Assembly: GCA_001304505.1 (NCBI GenBank)
Contig: LJUQ01000001.1
Span: 855-64,854 of the forward strand
From: Bacteroides sp. SM23_62_1
Lineage (GTDB): Bacteria > Bacteroidota > Bacteroidia > Bacteroidales > SM23-62
DNA length: 64,000 nucleotides
Reading direction: 5' to 3'
In this document: positions 9,850 to 20,365 of the stretch, piece after piece
How the letters are laid out: every line of letters begins with the position of its first letter
Numbering within the stretch: position 1 is the stretch's first letter
Made by a program: the position numbers and the translations under genes
Notes under the pieces: model-generated
Told to the model about the DNA's origin: nothing
Databases searched by the model: none
The model's input: only the letters and a program-made list of their open reading frames with translations

Positions 9850-9872
9850 TAGATGCTAAACAAACGATTCCA

Positions 9873-10259
9873 TTAACGTTTACTGAACTGGAATCTTTTT
9901 CTTGCTTTTGGACGGCCTGGTTTTTTCCGCTCAACTTCACGTGGATCCCTGGTCAACAATCCATTTGATTTTAAGAAAGGTTTTTTCTCAGGATCTATTT
10001 TAATAATTGCTCTTGATATTGCTAAACATAATGCTTCAGCCTGCCCGGTCAGGCCTCCACCATCAAGGTTAGCCTTGATATCATATTTACCGGTTACTTC
10101 AGCAAGTGTTAACGGTTGTTCAACAATATACCTGAGTTGATGTGTTGTAAAGTATTCCCTGTAATCCCTGTCATTTACAATGATCTGTCCTTTTCCCTCA
10201 TTGACATATATTCTGGCAACCGCGGATTTTCTTCTCCCTGTTGTATTTACTCCCTCCAT
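9873..10259 (-). CDS. rpsI: 30S ribosomal protein S9
   Basis: 128 aa. GRRKSAVARI N-terminal motif and a basic C-terminus ending KR. Confidence 0.95.
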   Translation of the reverse strand: MEGVNTTGRRKSAVARIYVNEGKGQIIVNDRDYREYFTTHQLRYIVEQPLTLAEVTGKYDIKANLDGGGLTGQAEALCLAISRAIIKIDPEKKPFLKSNGLLTRDPREVERKKPGRPKARKRFQFSKR

Positions 10260-10263
10260 ACTT

Positions 10264-10719
10264 TTATTTAATTGAGTTTAGGGTAATTGTTTTCGGCTGC
10301 TGAGCTTCATGAGGATGTTCCGGACCAACATAAACATAAAGGTTCCTGAACAACTGCCTGCCAAGCCTGTTTCTGGGTAACATCCCTTTCACTGCCTGTT
10401 CAATCAGGGCTGCAGGCCTTTTTTCAAGTAACATCTCAGGAGTTTTGATCTGTTGTCCCCCGGGATAGCCCGTATGGCTGTAATATTGCCTTCCGGTCAG
10501 TTTCTTTCCGGATAACCTGATTTTCTCCGCGTTGATAATTATTACATTATCTCCACAATCAACATGCGGGGTAAAATTTCTTTTATGTTTTCCCCGCAAC
10601 AACCTGGCAGCGGTTGAAGCAAGCCTGCCCAGAATTTGATCTTTTGCATCGATCAGCAACCATTCTTTCTGAACAGTAGTCTTATTAGCAGAAATAGTTT
10701 TATAACTTAAAGTATCCAC
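10264..10719 (-). CDS. rplM: 50S ribosomal protein L13
   Basis: Canonical L13 starts at (V/M)DTLSYKT, giving a GTG start at 10719 and about 151 aa. The track ORF extension to 10782 would overlap the candidate promoter. Confidence 0.9.
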   Translation of the reverse strand: MDTLSYKTISANKTTVQKEWLLIDAKDQILGRLASTAARLLRGKHKRNFTPHVDCGDNVIIINAEKIRLSGKKLTGRQYYSHTGYPGGQQIKTPEMLLEKRPAALIEQAVKGMLPRNRLGRQLFRNLYVYVGPEHPHEAQQPKTITLNSIK

Positions 10720-10771
10720 TTTATGCTGTTTGTTTCCAGTTATATTAATCAATCCCTGAATTTGTGGTTCG

Positions 10772-10805
10772 CAAAAATACAATTATTTTTATTAAATCAA
10801 TAACA
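10772..10805 (-). promoter_or_regulatory. Candidate Bacteroidetes-type promoter for rplM-rpsI
   Basis: On the minus strand, TATTTTTG matches the TAnnTTTG -7 consensus. It is preceded by a TTG 18 nt upstream and lies about 50 nt upstream of the GTG start. Confidence 0.35.
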
Positions 10806-11200
10806 AACGCAATAATTTATTAGGTCATTTACTAAACGATTGTTTATTAATATGTTGTGTAAACATAACGAAAATAACATGAATTAATCTGGTATATGAC
10901 CGGGATGATTTGAAAAAGATAACAGGTTGTAGCTTACATATAATAATTTTTCTTTAACTATAAAGTTCTCGCAGATTTAAGCAAGTATTATCGCAGATCT
11001 CCGCAGATAATTGGTACAACATAACTTTACTTTGCCTGAATCTACGATATAATCTGCAAATAACTTATCCGCCCAAGGTGGAATTCTGTCAGCTTAAAGA
11101 CTGATTTGTGAGAAACGTTTAAAAATATACGAATTGATTTCAGTCCATTTTCAATAGTTATAATTTAAGCATGACTCAAAATATTTAGTTTCAATATCTG

Positions 11201-12853
11201 ATGATCATTAACACTTCAAGGATAACTGAGTTTTTATTGCCGGAAAGAAAATTACCTCACAGGGGAATTTTTCTGCTGGGCCTTGCAACCCTGGCAGCAG
11301 GATTGCCACTATCGGAAACCGTCACCAGCATAGGGGAGGGAATTCTTCTTATAAACTGGTTAGTGGAAGGAAAGTTTGTTGAGAAATGGAAAATACTGAA
11401 GCAACGAAAAAGTCTCTGGCTCATTGCATCTGTGTATATCATACATATTCTTGGTTTAATCATAACTTCTGATTTTGGTTATGCCTTTCATGACCTCAGG
11501 ATAAAATTGCCATATCTCATCCTTCCTCTGATAATCGGGACAACACCGCAGATAGAAAGATATCAGCTCAAATGGATCATTGTAATTTTTTCATTTTTTA
11601 TAACGATAAGTACACTTGTCAGTGCATTCATACTGTTTGAGGTTATCCCATACGATTTTCATAACGTTCATGAAATATCACTGTTTATCAGTCATATCCG
11701 CCTTTCCCTCCTGATTGATATTGCCATTTTCTGCCTGTTGTATTTACTGATATCAAAGGAATTCAGGTTATACCGGTGGGAGTTCAGCGGCTATTTGATA
11801 GTTATGATATGGTTAGTATTTTTTTTGTTTTTGCTTCAATCACTAACCGGCATGATGGTATTCCTGATAACAGGATTTATTTTGTTCTGGATTCGTTTAC
11901 CAAAAATTAGCCATTTAGTATTGAAGTGGTTCCTGGCTGTTATGATGATCACAATGGTTTTAATCGGATGTGCATATATAACAAAATCCATCACCCGCTT
12001 TTATACAATTACAGAACCTGACAGGGAAGATCTGGATTTATATACTGCCAATGGGAATCCATATACGCATGATTTGAATAATTCGGATATAGAAAATGGT
12101 TATTATGTTTGGATATATATCTCTGAAGAGGAATTGAACAAGGAATGGAATAAAATAAGTAAAATGGATTATATTGGTAAAGATGAAATGGGTCATGAAA
12201 TCCGGTTTACAATTATCAGGTATTTGACTTCAAAAGGACTCCGTAAGGATTCAGTAGGGATATCGAAACTGACAACTGAAGACATACATTTTATCGAAGA
12301 AGGTAAAGCTAATTATATTTATGGAAGAAAAACATCTCTGTATGCAAAGCTTTATGAAGTGATCTGGCAGATTGACCGGTTCAGAAAGGGAGGAAATCCT
12401 TCAGGGCATTCAGTTACGCAAAGGATACTTTATCTTCAGGCCGGTATTAACATCATTAAAGAACATTTCTGGCTTGGGGTTGGAACAGGCGATGTATCCG
12501 TGGCTTTCCAGGATTATTATACAGATTCTGATAGTCTGCTCGATCAGAAATGGAGGTTGAGAGCTCATAATCAATATATTACTTTTTTTCTGACGTTCGG
12601 TATTTTCGGCTTTTTATGGATCATATTTTCGTTGGTATACCCTGCCTTCCTCGAAAAAAAATGGTCAGATTATTTTTTTGTTGTTTTTTTCCTGGTTGGA
12701 TTTTTATCCATGATGAATGAAGATACACTTGAAACACACATCGGTATTTCTTTCTTTTCATTCTTTTTTGCTCTTTTTCTTCTTGGAGTGAAAAACAAGG
12801 AGATAGAAAGTAAAAGTAAATCGGCCCAAAAGAATTTATCGGTGATGTGGTAA
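11201..12853 (+). CDS. O-antigen ligase (Wzy_C)-like polytopic membrane protein
   Basis: 550 aa with about 10 or more hydrophobic helices and a large loop. The motif RAHNQYITFFLTFGIFGF is characteristic of O-antigen ligase / Wzy_C family proteins. Confidence 0.7.
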   Translation: MIINTSRITEFLLPERKLPHRGIFLLGLATLAAGLPLSETVTSIGEGILLINWLVEGKFVEKWKILKQRKSLWLIASVYIIHILGLIITSDFGYAFHDLRIKLPYLILPLIIGTTPQIERYQLKWIIVIFSFFITISTLVSAFILFEVIPYDFHNVHEISLFISHIRLSLLIDIAIFCLLYLLISKEFRLYRWEFSGYLIVMIWLVFFLFLLQSLTGMMVFLITGFILFWIRLPKISHLVLKWFLAVMMITMVLIGCAYITKSITRFYTITEPDREDLDLYTANGNPYTHDLNNSDIENGYYVWIYISEEELNKEWNKISKMDYIGKDEMGHEIRFTIIRYLTSKGLRKDSVGISKLTTEDIHFIEEGKANYIYGRKTSLYAKLYEVIWQIDRFRKGGNPSGHSVTQRILYLQAGINIIKEHFWLGVGTGDVSVAFQDYYTDSDSLLDQKWRLRAHNQYITFFLTFGIFGFLWIIFSLVYPAFLEKKWSDYFFVVFFLVGFLSMMNEDTLETHIGISFFSFFFALFLLGVKNKEIESKSKSAQKNLSVMW

Positions 12854-12942
12854 TAGTCTCACTTGTTAAAGGGGAGCAATAGTCTCAATGAATTTAATTG
12901 TAAGTATAGTAGTTAAAGAATAATAGGGATGAGGCAGAGGAG

Positions 12943-12990
12943 GTGTGAAAGTGCAAAAGTGTGAAAGTATAAAGGTATGAAAGTTTATAA
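12943..12990. repeat. 16-nt tandem repeat x3
   Basis: gtgtgaaagtgcaaaa / gtgtgaaagtataaag / gtatgaaagtttataa, contiguous, in an intergenic region. Confidence 0.6.
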
Positions 12991-13221
12991 GTTTTATGGT
13001 ATAATAATGCAAAAGCTGTGACATACTTCCATAACAACTATAAAGTATAGAAGGTCAAACCCAGTTGTTTATCGGGGTATAAGTTCTCGAATGTGCATAA
13101 AAACACTATATCCTCATAAAACTGGATTCCAGGTTAACCTGGTCCCCTGGAAAACTATCATCCTGAATCACTGCGACCAGTGCTTCTTACATAGGATAAA
13201 TGATTATTGTAAAACTCAGTA

Positions 13222-13791
13222 ATGAAGGCATTACATAAACTTGACCATTCCTTCTATCAGCGTGATGTTCTTGAGGTCGCTCCCGATCTGATCGGAAAAT
13301 ATTTGGTCAGGAAGCACAGCAATGGGAGATTATTCAGGAACAGAATTACGGAGGTGGAAGCTTACCGCGGGGAAGAAGACCAGGCATGTCACGCCAGTAA
13401 AGGGAGGACATCACGGACTGAGATTATGTATCATAAAGGAGGTGTGATCTATGTCTACCTGATTTATGGGATGTACTGGATGCTGAATTTTGTAACAGGC
13501 ATGGAAAATATTCCTCAGGCCATACTTATCAGAAGTCTTGAAAATATCCCCGGACCGGGAAGAATAACCAGGGAGTTAGAAATTGACGGATCATTTTATG
13601 GAATAAGCCTTATCAGTTCAGGTAAGATCTGGCTGGAAGGTCATCATGAAAAATATGGGTTCATAACAAAGACGCGTATTGGTGTTGATTATGCAGGAGA
13701 GGTTTGGAAGAATAAGCAGTGGAGGTTTGTCATGGACCCACCCCCCTTTGGTTCCCCCCTCTCTCGGGAGAGAGGGGGGACAGGAGGGTGA
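13222..13791 (+). CDS. DNA-3-methyladenine glycosylase (AAG/MPG family)
   Basis: 189 aa. FYQRDVLEVAPDLIGKYLV, ITEVEAYRGEEDQACHA and YVYLIYGMYWMLN are typical MPG family motifs. The last roughly 18 aa are encoded by a repeat element. Confidence 0.85.
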   Translation: MKALHKLDHSFYQRDVLEVAPDLIGKYLVRKHSNGRLFRNRITEVEAYRGEEDQACHASKGRTSRTEIMYHKGGVIYVYLIYGMYWMLNFVTGMENIPQAILIRSLENIPGPGRITRELEIDGSFYGISLISSGKIWLEGHHEKYGFITKTRIGVDYAGEVWKNKQWRFVMDPPPFGSPLSRERGGTGG

Positions 13792-13793
13792 GT
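13738..13793. repeat. Nested C-rich/G-rich palindromic repeat, copy 1
   Basis: ggacccacccccctttggttcccccctctctcgggagagaggggggacaggagggtgagt. Near-identical layout to copy 4 (54706) and to the reverse complement of copy 3 (21797). Confidence 0.7.
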
Positions 13794-13992
13794 ATGAAAA
13801 TATATTCTCCTGTCTTCGTAACTATTATTATGAAGGATTTTAGTGGGAGTAAGTATGCGATTGTTTTGGACACTATAAGATTAATATTTTAAAACATTGG
13901 CAGATATCATTATTTAAATTTTCTTAAAAAATCCTCCCTATTCATTAAAAATCTGTTTCTTTGTAAGATTTTTAGAAGACACTCCAGGCATC

Positions 13993-16900
13993 ATGAACAG
14001 ATACAGGCTCTATAACAATATTCTCGGATGGATTGTTTTCCTGGTAGCTGCATTTGTTTACCTGTCGACAATTGAGCCCACGGCAAGCTTCTGGGATTGT
14101 GGTGAATTTATCGCCGCATCATTTAAACTGGAGGTAGGGCATCCTCCCGGGGCACCTTTTTTCCTTCTGCTGGGGCGTTTCTTTTCACTTTTTGCAGGTA
14201 GTGATGTGGGTAAGGTAGCCAAAATGATCAATATTCTTTCAGCCCTGGCAAGTGCTTTCACCATCCTGTTCCTTTTCTGGACCATCACACACCTTGCTAG
14301 GAAAATTGTTCTTCAGGGGAATGAAATGACATTAAAAGGAATGATCAATATTTTCTCCTGTGGAATTGTAGGAGCTCTTGCATATACATTTTCAGATACG
14401 TTCTGGTTCTCAGCCGTTGAAGGAGAAGTATATGCCACTTCAAGCCTGTTCACCGCAATTGTTTTCTGGGCTATCCTGAAATGGGAAAACATTGCGGACG
14501 AAAAACATGCAAACAAATGGATCATTTTAATTGCTTTCCTGATGGGCCTTTCGATAGGAGTACACCTGCTCAACCTGCTGGCAATCCCCGCCATAGTATT
14601 TGTATATTATTTCAGGAAATATGAGGTTACTAGGAAAGGTATTATATATTCACTGGCGATCTCGGTATTATTGTTAGCCATTATGCTATACATTATCATA
14701 CCGGGAATCGTGAAACTGGCTTCCGGTTTTGAACTGGTTTTTGTAAATGGTTTCGGGTTACCTTATCAGAGTGGAGTTATTGTATTTATTATTGCCTTAT
14801 TCGTTGGATTTGTATACCTGGTTATCTGGACTCACAGGCAGCAGAGAATTGTTCTGAATACAATTACATTGGCCCTGGCGATGATTGTCATCGGTTATTT
14901 TTCCTATGGCACCGTACTGATCCGTTCTGCAGCCGATCCACCCATGGACCAGAATAATCCGGAAAATGTATTTTCACTGTTATCGTACTTAAACCGTGAG
15001 CAGTATGGTTCAAGCCCGTTATATCATGGTCAGTACTATAATGCACCGATAGTAGAAGTAAATCCCGGGAAAAAAGTTTACACCATGAAGGATGGTAAAT
15101 ATGTCGTAACCTACCAGAGACCAAAAGTTGAGTATGATAATCGGTTTATTACAATTTTCCCTCGGATGTGGAGCACGGATACTGAACATGTGGAAGCTTA
15201 TCAGAAATGGGGAAAGATAAAGGGTATTCCCGTCAATGTCATCAACAGGAATGGTGATTCAGAAATGAGAAGAAAACCAACATTCGGGGAAAATCTCAGG
15301 TTCTTCTTCAGATACCAGGTTGGCCATATGTATTTGCGATATTTTATGTGGAATTTTGCCGGACGACAAAACGATCTGCAGGGGCATGGGGAATTTTTCA
15401 AGGGAAACTGGCTCAGCGGGATCAGGTTCATCGATGAATCCCGGCTGGGACCACAGGATCATCTCCCGGCTTTTATGAACGACAATAAAGCAAGAAATGA
15501 ATATTATATGCTACCTCTCCTGCTTGGGATTATCGGATTAGTTTTTCATTTCCTAAGGAATAGAAAAGATTTCTGGGTGATTACCCTCCTTTTTCTGATG
15601 ACGGGCCTTGCTATCGTTGTCTACCTGAATCAATACCCCTTCCAGCCCAGGGAAAGGGATTACGCATATGCCGCTTCGTTCTATGCATTTACAATCTGGA
15701 TCGGACTGGGAGTTTTAGCTATAGCAGATACCATACAAAAAAAGATACCGGGAATCATCCCCGGACTCCTCACCTTTACTCTTACCCTGGTGGTTGTTCC
15801 GGGAATAATGGCTAAAGAAAACCGGGATGATCACGACCGGTCGGGTCGTTATACTGCCAGAGATTTTGCATGGAACTATCTGAATTCATGTGAACCGAAT
15901 GCAATACTTTTCACCAATGGCGACAATGATACTTTTCCTCTCTGGTATATCCAGGAGGTGGAAGGTGTCAGAACTGATATCCGGGTGTGTAACCTGAGTT
16001 ACCTTGGCGCTGACTGGTATATAGACCAGATGGCGAGAAAAGCATATGATTCCGATGCGCTGCCGTTTGGCATGGGTCATGATCAATACATTATGGGGAA
16101 ACGGGATATGGTTTACCTTGTCGACCGTATCAGCGGTCCGGTCAGGCTGAAAGATGCCATGGATTTTGTACGCAGTGAAGACAGCAGGACAAAAACACTG
16201 GGAAATATCAGGGATAGAATAGATTATATACCTGCAAAAAAATTCGTGATCGAGATAGATACGGCAAGGATTTTTGAAACAAATACACTCAGCAGATCAA
16301 AGGCTGACAGGATTGACAATATGGTATGGGAACTGAATACTGAAGAAATATACAAAAACGGGCTGATGGTCTATGACCTTCTTGATAATAATAACTGGGA
16401 GAGGCCTATTTATTATGCCGTTACCGTAGCAAGGGATCTGTATCTGAATCTACACAACTATTTTCAGCTGGAAGGACTGGCATACAGAATTGTTCCGGTT
16501 TATCAGCCATCGGTGCAGGGACAGCTGGGCCGTCTGGATACCGACCTGATGTATAATAATTTCATCAATAAATTCCGGTGGGGAGGGGTAACCGATAGTA
16601 CTGTTTACCTGGATGAAAATAATCTCAGGATGCTGGCAAATATGCGGAACAACTTTGGAAGGCTTGCACAGGTACTGATAAATGAAGGCAAAAAAGATTC
16701 AGCCAAAGTTGTCCTTGACAGGTGTATGGAGATCCTGCCTCATAGCCGCGTACCATTTGACTATTTCATGCTTCCGGTCATTGAAAATTATTACAGGATT
16801 GGCGATACTGAAACGGCCGGTGATTTCGTTGTACAACTATCTGATGTGATGACGGAAGAAGCCAGGTTCTTTTTGTTAACTGACCGGCGATTGATGGTGG

Positions 16901-17043
16901 ATCTTGATTATGAAAAACAGATCAGGATGCACATATTGCAGGAACTTGTCAGGTTGCCGGAACAATATGGTCAGGAAGAATTAAAGAACAGACAGTTGGA
17001 TATTTTCGAAGAATTTGTAAATTTATACTCTCTTGGCGGTTAG
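13993..17043 (+). CDS. DUF2723-family (TMEM260-like, putative glycosyltransferase) large membrane protein
   Basis: 1016 aa. The N-terminal TASFWDCGEFIA...EVGHPPGAPFF motif is typical of DUF2723. Many TM helices are followed by a soluble helical-repeat C-terminal region. Confidence 0.8.
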   Translation: MNRYRLYNNILGWIVFLVAAFVYLSTIEPTASFWDCGEFIAASFKLEVGHPPGAPFFLLLGRFFSLFAGSDVGKVAKMINILSALASAFTILFLFWTITHLARKIVLQGNEMTLKGMINIFSCGIVGALAYTFSDTFWFSAVEGEVYATSSLFTAIVFWAILKWENIADEKHANKWIILIAFLMGLSIGVHLLNLLAIPAIVFVYYFRKYEVTRKGIIYSLAISVLLLAIMLYIIIPGIVKLASGFELVFVNGFGLPYQSGVIVFIIALFVGFVYLVIWTHRQQRIVLNTITLALAMIVIGYFSYGTVLIRSAADPPMDQNNPENVFSLLSYLNREQYGSSPLYHGQYYNAPIVEVNPGKKVYTMKDGKYVVTYQRPKVEYDNRFITIFPRMWSTDTEHVEAYQKWGKIKGIPVNVINRNGDSEMRRKPTFGENLRFFFRYQVGHMYLRYFMWNFAGRQNDLQGHGEFFKGNWLSGIRFIDESRLGPQDHLPAFMNDNKARNEYYMLPLLLGIIGLVFHFLRNRKDFWVITLLFLMTGLAIVVYLNQYPFQPRERDYAYAASFYAFTIWIGLGVLAIADTIQKKIPGIIPGLLTFTLTLVVVPGIMAKENRDDHDRSGRYTARDFAWNYLNSCEPNAILFTNGDNDTFPLWYIQEVEGVRTDIRVCNLSYLGADWYIDQMARKAYDSDALPFGMGHDQYIMGKRDMVYLVDRISGPVRLKDAMDFVRSEDSRTKTLGNIRDRIDYIPAKKFVIEIDTARIFETNTLSRSKADRIDNMVWELNTEEIYKNGLMVYDLLDNNNWERPIYYAVTVARDLYLNLHNYFQLEGLAYRIVPVYQPSVQGQLGRLDTDLMYNNFINKFRWGGVTDSTVYLDENNLRMLANMRNNFGRLAQVLINEGKKDSAKVVLDRCMEILPHSRVPFDYFMLPVIENYYRIGDTETAGDFVVQLSDVMTEEARFFLLTDRRLMVDLDYEKQIRMHILQELVRLPEQYGQEELKNRQLDIFEEFVNLYSLGG

Positions 17044-17053
17044 TATATAGCAT

Positions 17054-17674
17054 ATGTTTTTTGTAAAGACACCGATATTGTTGATGAAGCTTTTTCCTGA
17101 GCTTATCTGGAGGTTTAAAGAACAGGAGAAGGAGGAGTATAACCATGTCTATCTGACGTTTGATGACGGGCCAACACCTGGGGTAACAACGTGGGTGTTG
17201 GATACACTCAGGGATTATGAAGCAAAAGGTACATTCTTTTGCCTTGGTAAGAATGTTGAGAAGCACCCTGATATATATAAGCGTATCCTTGATGAGGGAC
17301 ACTCGGTCGGAAACCATACATACAGCCATTTGAAAGGATGGCAGATGGACAACACCGAATATTTTAATGATATTGCACTTGCAGGCTCCTTCATCTCATC
17401 GAATCTTTTCAGGCCTCCATATGGAAGGTTTAAAGCATCCCAGATAAAATATCTTTCAGATAACTACCAGATCGTTATGTGGGATGTCCTCAGTCAGGAT
17501 TACAGCATAACGGTATCACCTGAAAAAGTACTCACAAATGTACTGGAAAACGTCAGAGGCGGATCTATTGTTGTGTTCCATGATTCTGTAAAAGCGGAAC
17601 CCAACCTTTCTTATGTACTTCCCAGGGTGCTTGAGAGCCTGAACGAACAATATGAATTCAGGAAGATCGGCTGA
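17054..17674 (+). CDS. Polysaccharide deacetylase (NodB homology domain)
   Basis: 206 aa. TFDDGP, HSVGNHTYSH and RPPYG motifs. Starts 10 nt after the DUF2723 gene. Confidence 0.85.
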   Translation: MFFVKTPILLMKLFPELIWRFKEQEKEEYNHVYLTFDDGPTPGVTTWVLDTLRDYEAKGTFFCLGKNVEKHPDIYKRILDEGHSVGNHTYSHLKGWQMDNTEYFNDIALAGSFISSNLFRPPYGRFKASQIKYLSDNYQIVMWDVLSQDYSITVSPEKVLTNVLENVRGGSIVVFHDSVKAEPNLSYVLPRVLESLNEQYEFRKIG

Positions 17675-17716
17675 CATTGCCCGGTGATGCCGGGCGCCAT
17701 ATATTCTTTGATGCTG

Positions 17717-17745
17717 GTCCGGTTGATAGCCGGACTTTTTTTTTT
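17717..17745 (+). terminator. Rho-independent terminator after the deacetylase gene
   Basis: gtccgg ttgatag ccggac followed by a run of 10 T. Confidence 0.75.
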
Positions 17746-17750
17746 GGCGG

Positions 17751-17840
17751 GTACAGAGGATCACGGAGAATAAGTGAGTTACACAGAGTAACAACTCGTA
17801 AGTTCTCTTATCATCTCTGTGGCTCCCTGTGACCATGATC
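17751..17840. repeat. CACRGAG-type periodic inverted repeat
   Basis: Left arm units acagagg / cacggag / aagtgag / cacagag. The right arm contains ctctgtgg / ccctgtga, the same unit in inverted orientation. Confidence 0.5.
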
Positions 17841-18037
17841 AAGCTTCCAGTAACCTGGATTTAAAGAGTCATAAAATGTTTATGATTTAGGATTAATGAA
17901 TTAACGATTTGCAATTTTAGAAGTTTTTCAGATCATAAATCGTTAATCAACTAATCTCAAATCAAAGATTTTTCCCGGTAAACATTCCTGAGATCCTCAA
18001 TAATTCATTAAGTTTACATAGTAAAATTTATTACCCT

Positions 18038-19324
18038 ATGAACGTACTCATCCTCGGCTCCGGAGGACGGGAACATACCCTGGCCTGGAAAGTGGCACAG
18101 AGCCCGCTATTAAAAAAACTATTTATTGCTCCCGGTAATGCCGGAACACGTGAACCGGGGATAAATGTGGATATCGGGGTGGAAGACTTCGATGCAATCC
18201 GATCATTTGTCCTGAAAGAGCAGATCAATATGGTTGTAGTGGGACCTGAGGCACCACTTGTTGGAGGGATTGTTGATTTTTTCAGAGAAGACCACAGTCT
18301 GAAAAAAGTCCAGGTTATTGGCCCCACCCGGGCTGGGGCCATGCTCGAAGGGAGTAAGAAATTTGCAAAAGAATTTATGACACGCCATAATATACCAACC
18401 GCTAAATTCCAGAACATTACCTTGAATGATTATGACAGGGGGATCGATTACCTGAAGACTATGGAACCTCCCTATGTTTTAAAGGCAGATGGCCTGGCTG
18501 CAGGGAAGGGTGTCCTGATATGTGATTCCATCGCTGAAGCTGAAAAATTGTTGAAGTCCATGCTTGAAGGGATGTTCGGGGAGGCCAGTAAAAATGTGAT
18601 CATTGAAGAATACCTTGCCGGTATTGAACTATCGGTTTTTATACTGACAGATGGGGATTCATATATTATTTTCCCGGAGGCGAAAGACTATAAAAGAATT
18701 GGACAGGGGGATACGGGATTGAATACTGGAGGCATGGGTGCTGTTTCACCCGTTCCTTTTGCAGACAGGGTTTTCCTGAAAAAAGTAGAGGAACGGATCA
18801 TTAAACCTACCGTACAGGGCTTGAAAAAAGAACGGATTAATTACAGGGGCTTTCTCTATTTTGGGTTGATGAATGTGATAGGTAATCCTTATGTGGTGGA
18901 GTACAATGTGAGAATGGGAGATCCTGAGGCTGAGGTCGTCCTCCCCAGGGTATCGTCCGACCTGCTCGAGATGTTCATTGCAGTGGCTGAAAGAAAACTG
19001 AAGAGGAAAAAAATTGAAATTGATAGTCGTACAGTTATTACTGTGATGCTTGTTTCAGGTGGATACCCGGGTAAATATGAAAAAGGAAAGGAAATCCATA
19101 ACCTCAATGACGTGAAAAACAGTATCATATTTCATGCAGGTACTGCTATTTCTGAAGGAAAGATCGTAACAAGCGGAGGAAGGGTTCTGGCTGTGACATC
19201 CTATGGCTCGGATATGATGGAAGCACTTGCCAGGACTTACAGGAATGCTGACCTGATCAATTTTGAAGGTAAATATTGCCGCAGAGATATTGGCTTTGAT
19301 CTTTATGATGAATCCCAAATCTGA
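18038..19324 (+). CDS. purD: Phosphoribosylamine--glycine ligase
   Basis: 428 aa. MNVLILGSGGREH N-terminus, an ATP-grasp core and a GARS C-domain. Confidence 0.95.
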   Translation: MNVLILGSGGREHTLAWKVAQSPLLKKLFIAPGNAGTREPGINVDIGVEDFDAIRSFVLKEQINMVVVGPEAPLVGGIVDFFREDHSLKKVQVIGPTRAGAMLEGSKKFAKEFMTRHNIPTAKFQNITLNDYDRGIDYLKTMEPPYVLKADGLAAGKGVLICDSIAEAEKLLKSMLEGMFGEASKNVIIEEYLAGIELSVFILTDGDSYIIFPEAKDYKRIGQGDTGLNTGGMGAVSPVPFADRVFLKKVEERIIKPTVQGLKKERINYRGFLYFGLMNVIGNPYVVEYNVRMGDPEAEVVLPRVSSDLLEMFIAVAERKLKRKKIEIDSRTVITVMLVSGGYPGKYEKGKEIHNLNDVKNSIIFHAGTAISEGKIVTSGGRVLAVTSYGSDMMEALARTYRNADLINFEGKYCRRDIGFDLYDESQI

Positions 19325-19327
19325 CCA

Positions 19328-20317
19328 TTGCCCATGCTGAAACTGTTCAAGGGTAATCAACCTGCACTGATTGTAATCATTCCGCTTCTCACCGGCCTGA
19401 TCTGGCTCAGATCTTTCATAAATCCCGATAATATCAATATAACCTTTGATCTGTATGAAATGCCCTTCTGGCATTTCATAAATAATGCTTCACAGAACCA
19501 AATAATCATCCGGAAGATTGCAGCATTTATAATATTGATAATTAATGCGTTATGGCTCAGCAGGATCAATACCAGGTTCATTCTCCTCAAAGGACGAACC
19601 TATCTTATGACCCTTTTCTATGGATTCATCTGCAGCACTTATCTCCCCCTGCATGACCTGAATCCGGCACTCCTGGCGGTGACGTTGTTCATTCCATCGA
19701 TAGAGTTATTGCTGGCTTCCTATAAAGAAGAAAAATTATCATATAAATATTTTGAAGCAGCATTACTCATTTCAATTGGGAGCTTTTTTTATTCAAAGGC
19801 TGCTGCTTTCCTGGTAATTATCTGGATTGCTCTGACAATATTAAAAACACCCGGGTGGCGAGAATGGGTTTTTACTATTGTCGGTTTCATTTTGCCCTAT
19901 CTGTTTCTAGTAACTGTTTTATACGTCACCAATAAAAATATACCCGATTATTTCGGAAAAATCGTAATGAATTTTAATATTACCAGGGGATTTGATTATC
20001 TCAACATGCCTGTTGTTATCAATTATGCATTTCTGTTTCTGTTAATCCTGCTGGCCAGTGGTTTAATGATAAGGGTTTACCAGGGATTAAAAATTTATGC
20101 AAGAATATATTACAGGTTTATTTTCTGGATTTTTGTCTTTGTTCTGGGATTATTTTTTGGTTTGTTCAACCACTCTATTGAGTTAATGTACTTTTTTGCC
20201 CTGCCGGTTTCTTATATTCTTACTTTCTATTTTTTCTCAATAAGGTCGAGATTATTTGGAGAGATCCTGTTCGGGATATTTATCGGATTGATTATCCTTG
20301 TGGTAGTGATGAGCTGA
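19328..20317 (+). CDS. Hypothetical polytopic membrane protein
   Basis: 329 aa with about 9 hydrophobic helices. Starts 3 nt after purD. No recognisable catalytic motif. Confidence 0.6.
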   Translation: MPMLKLFKGNQPALIVIIPLLTGLIWLRSFINPDNINITFDLYEMPFWHFINNASQNQIIIRKIAAFIILIINALWLSRINTRFILLKGRTYLMTLFYGFICSTYLPLHDLNPALLAVTLFIPSIELLLASYKEEKLSYKYFEAALLISIGSFFYSKAAAFLVIIWIALTILKTPGWREWVFTIVGFILPYLFLVTVLYVTNKNIPDYFGKIVMNFNITRGFDYLNMPVVINYAFLFLLILLASGLMIRVYQGLKIYARIYYRFIFWIFVFVLGLFFGLFNHSIELMYFFALPVSYILTFYFFSIRSRLFGEILFGIFIGLIILVVVMS

Positions 20318-20323
20318 TTATGA

Positions 20324-20363
20324 ACTCACCCCTATCTCTCTCTAGAGAGGGAAGGGGGTAAGT
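20324..20363. repeat. Nested palindromic repeat, short copy 2
   Basis: actcacccctatctctctctagagagggaagggggtaagt, between convergent genes. Confidence 0.6.
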
Positions 20364-20365
20364 AT

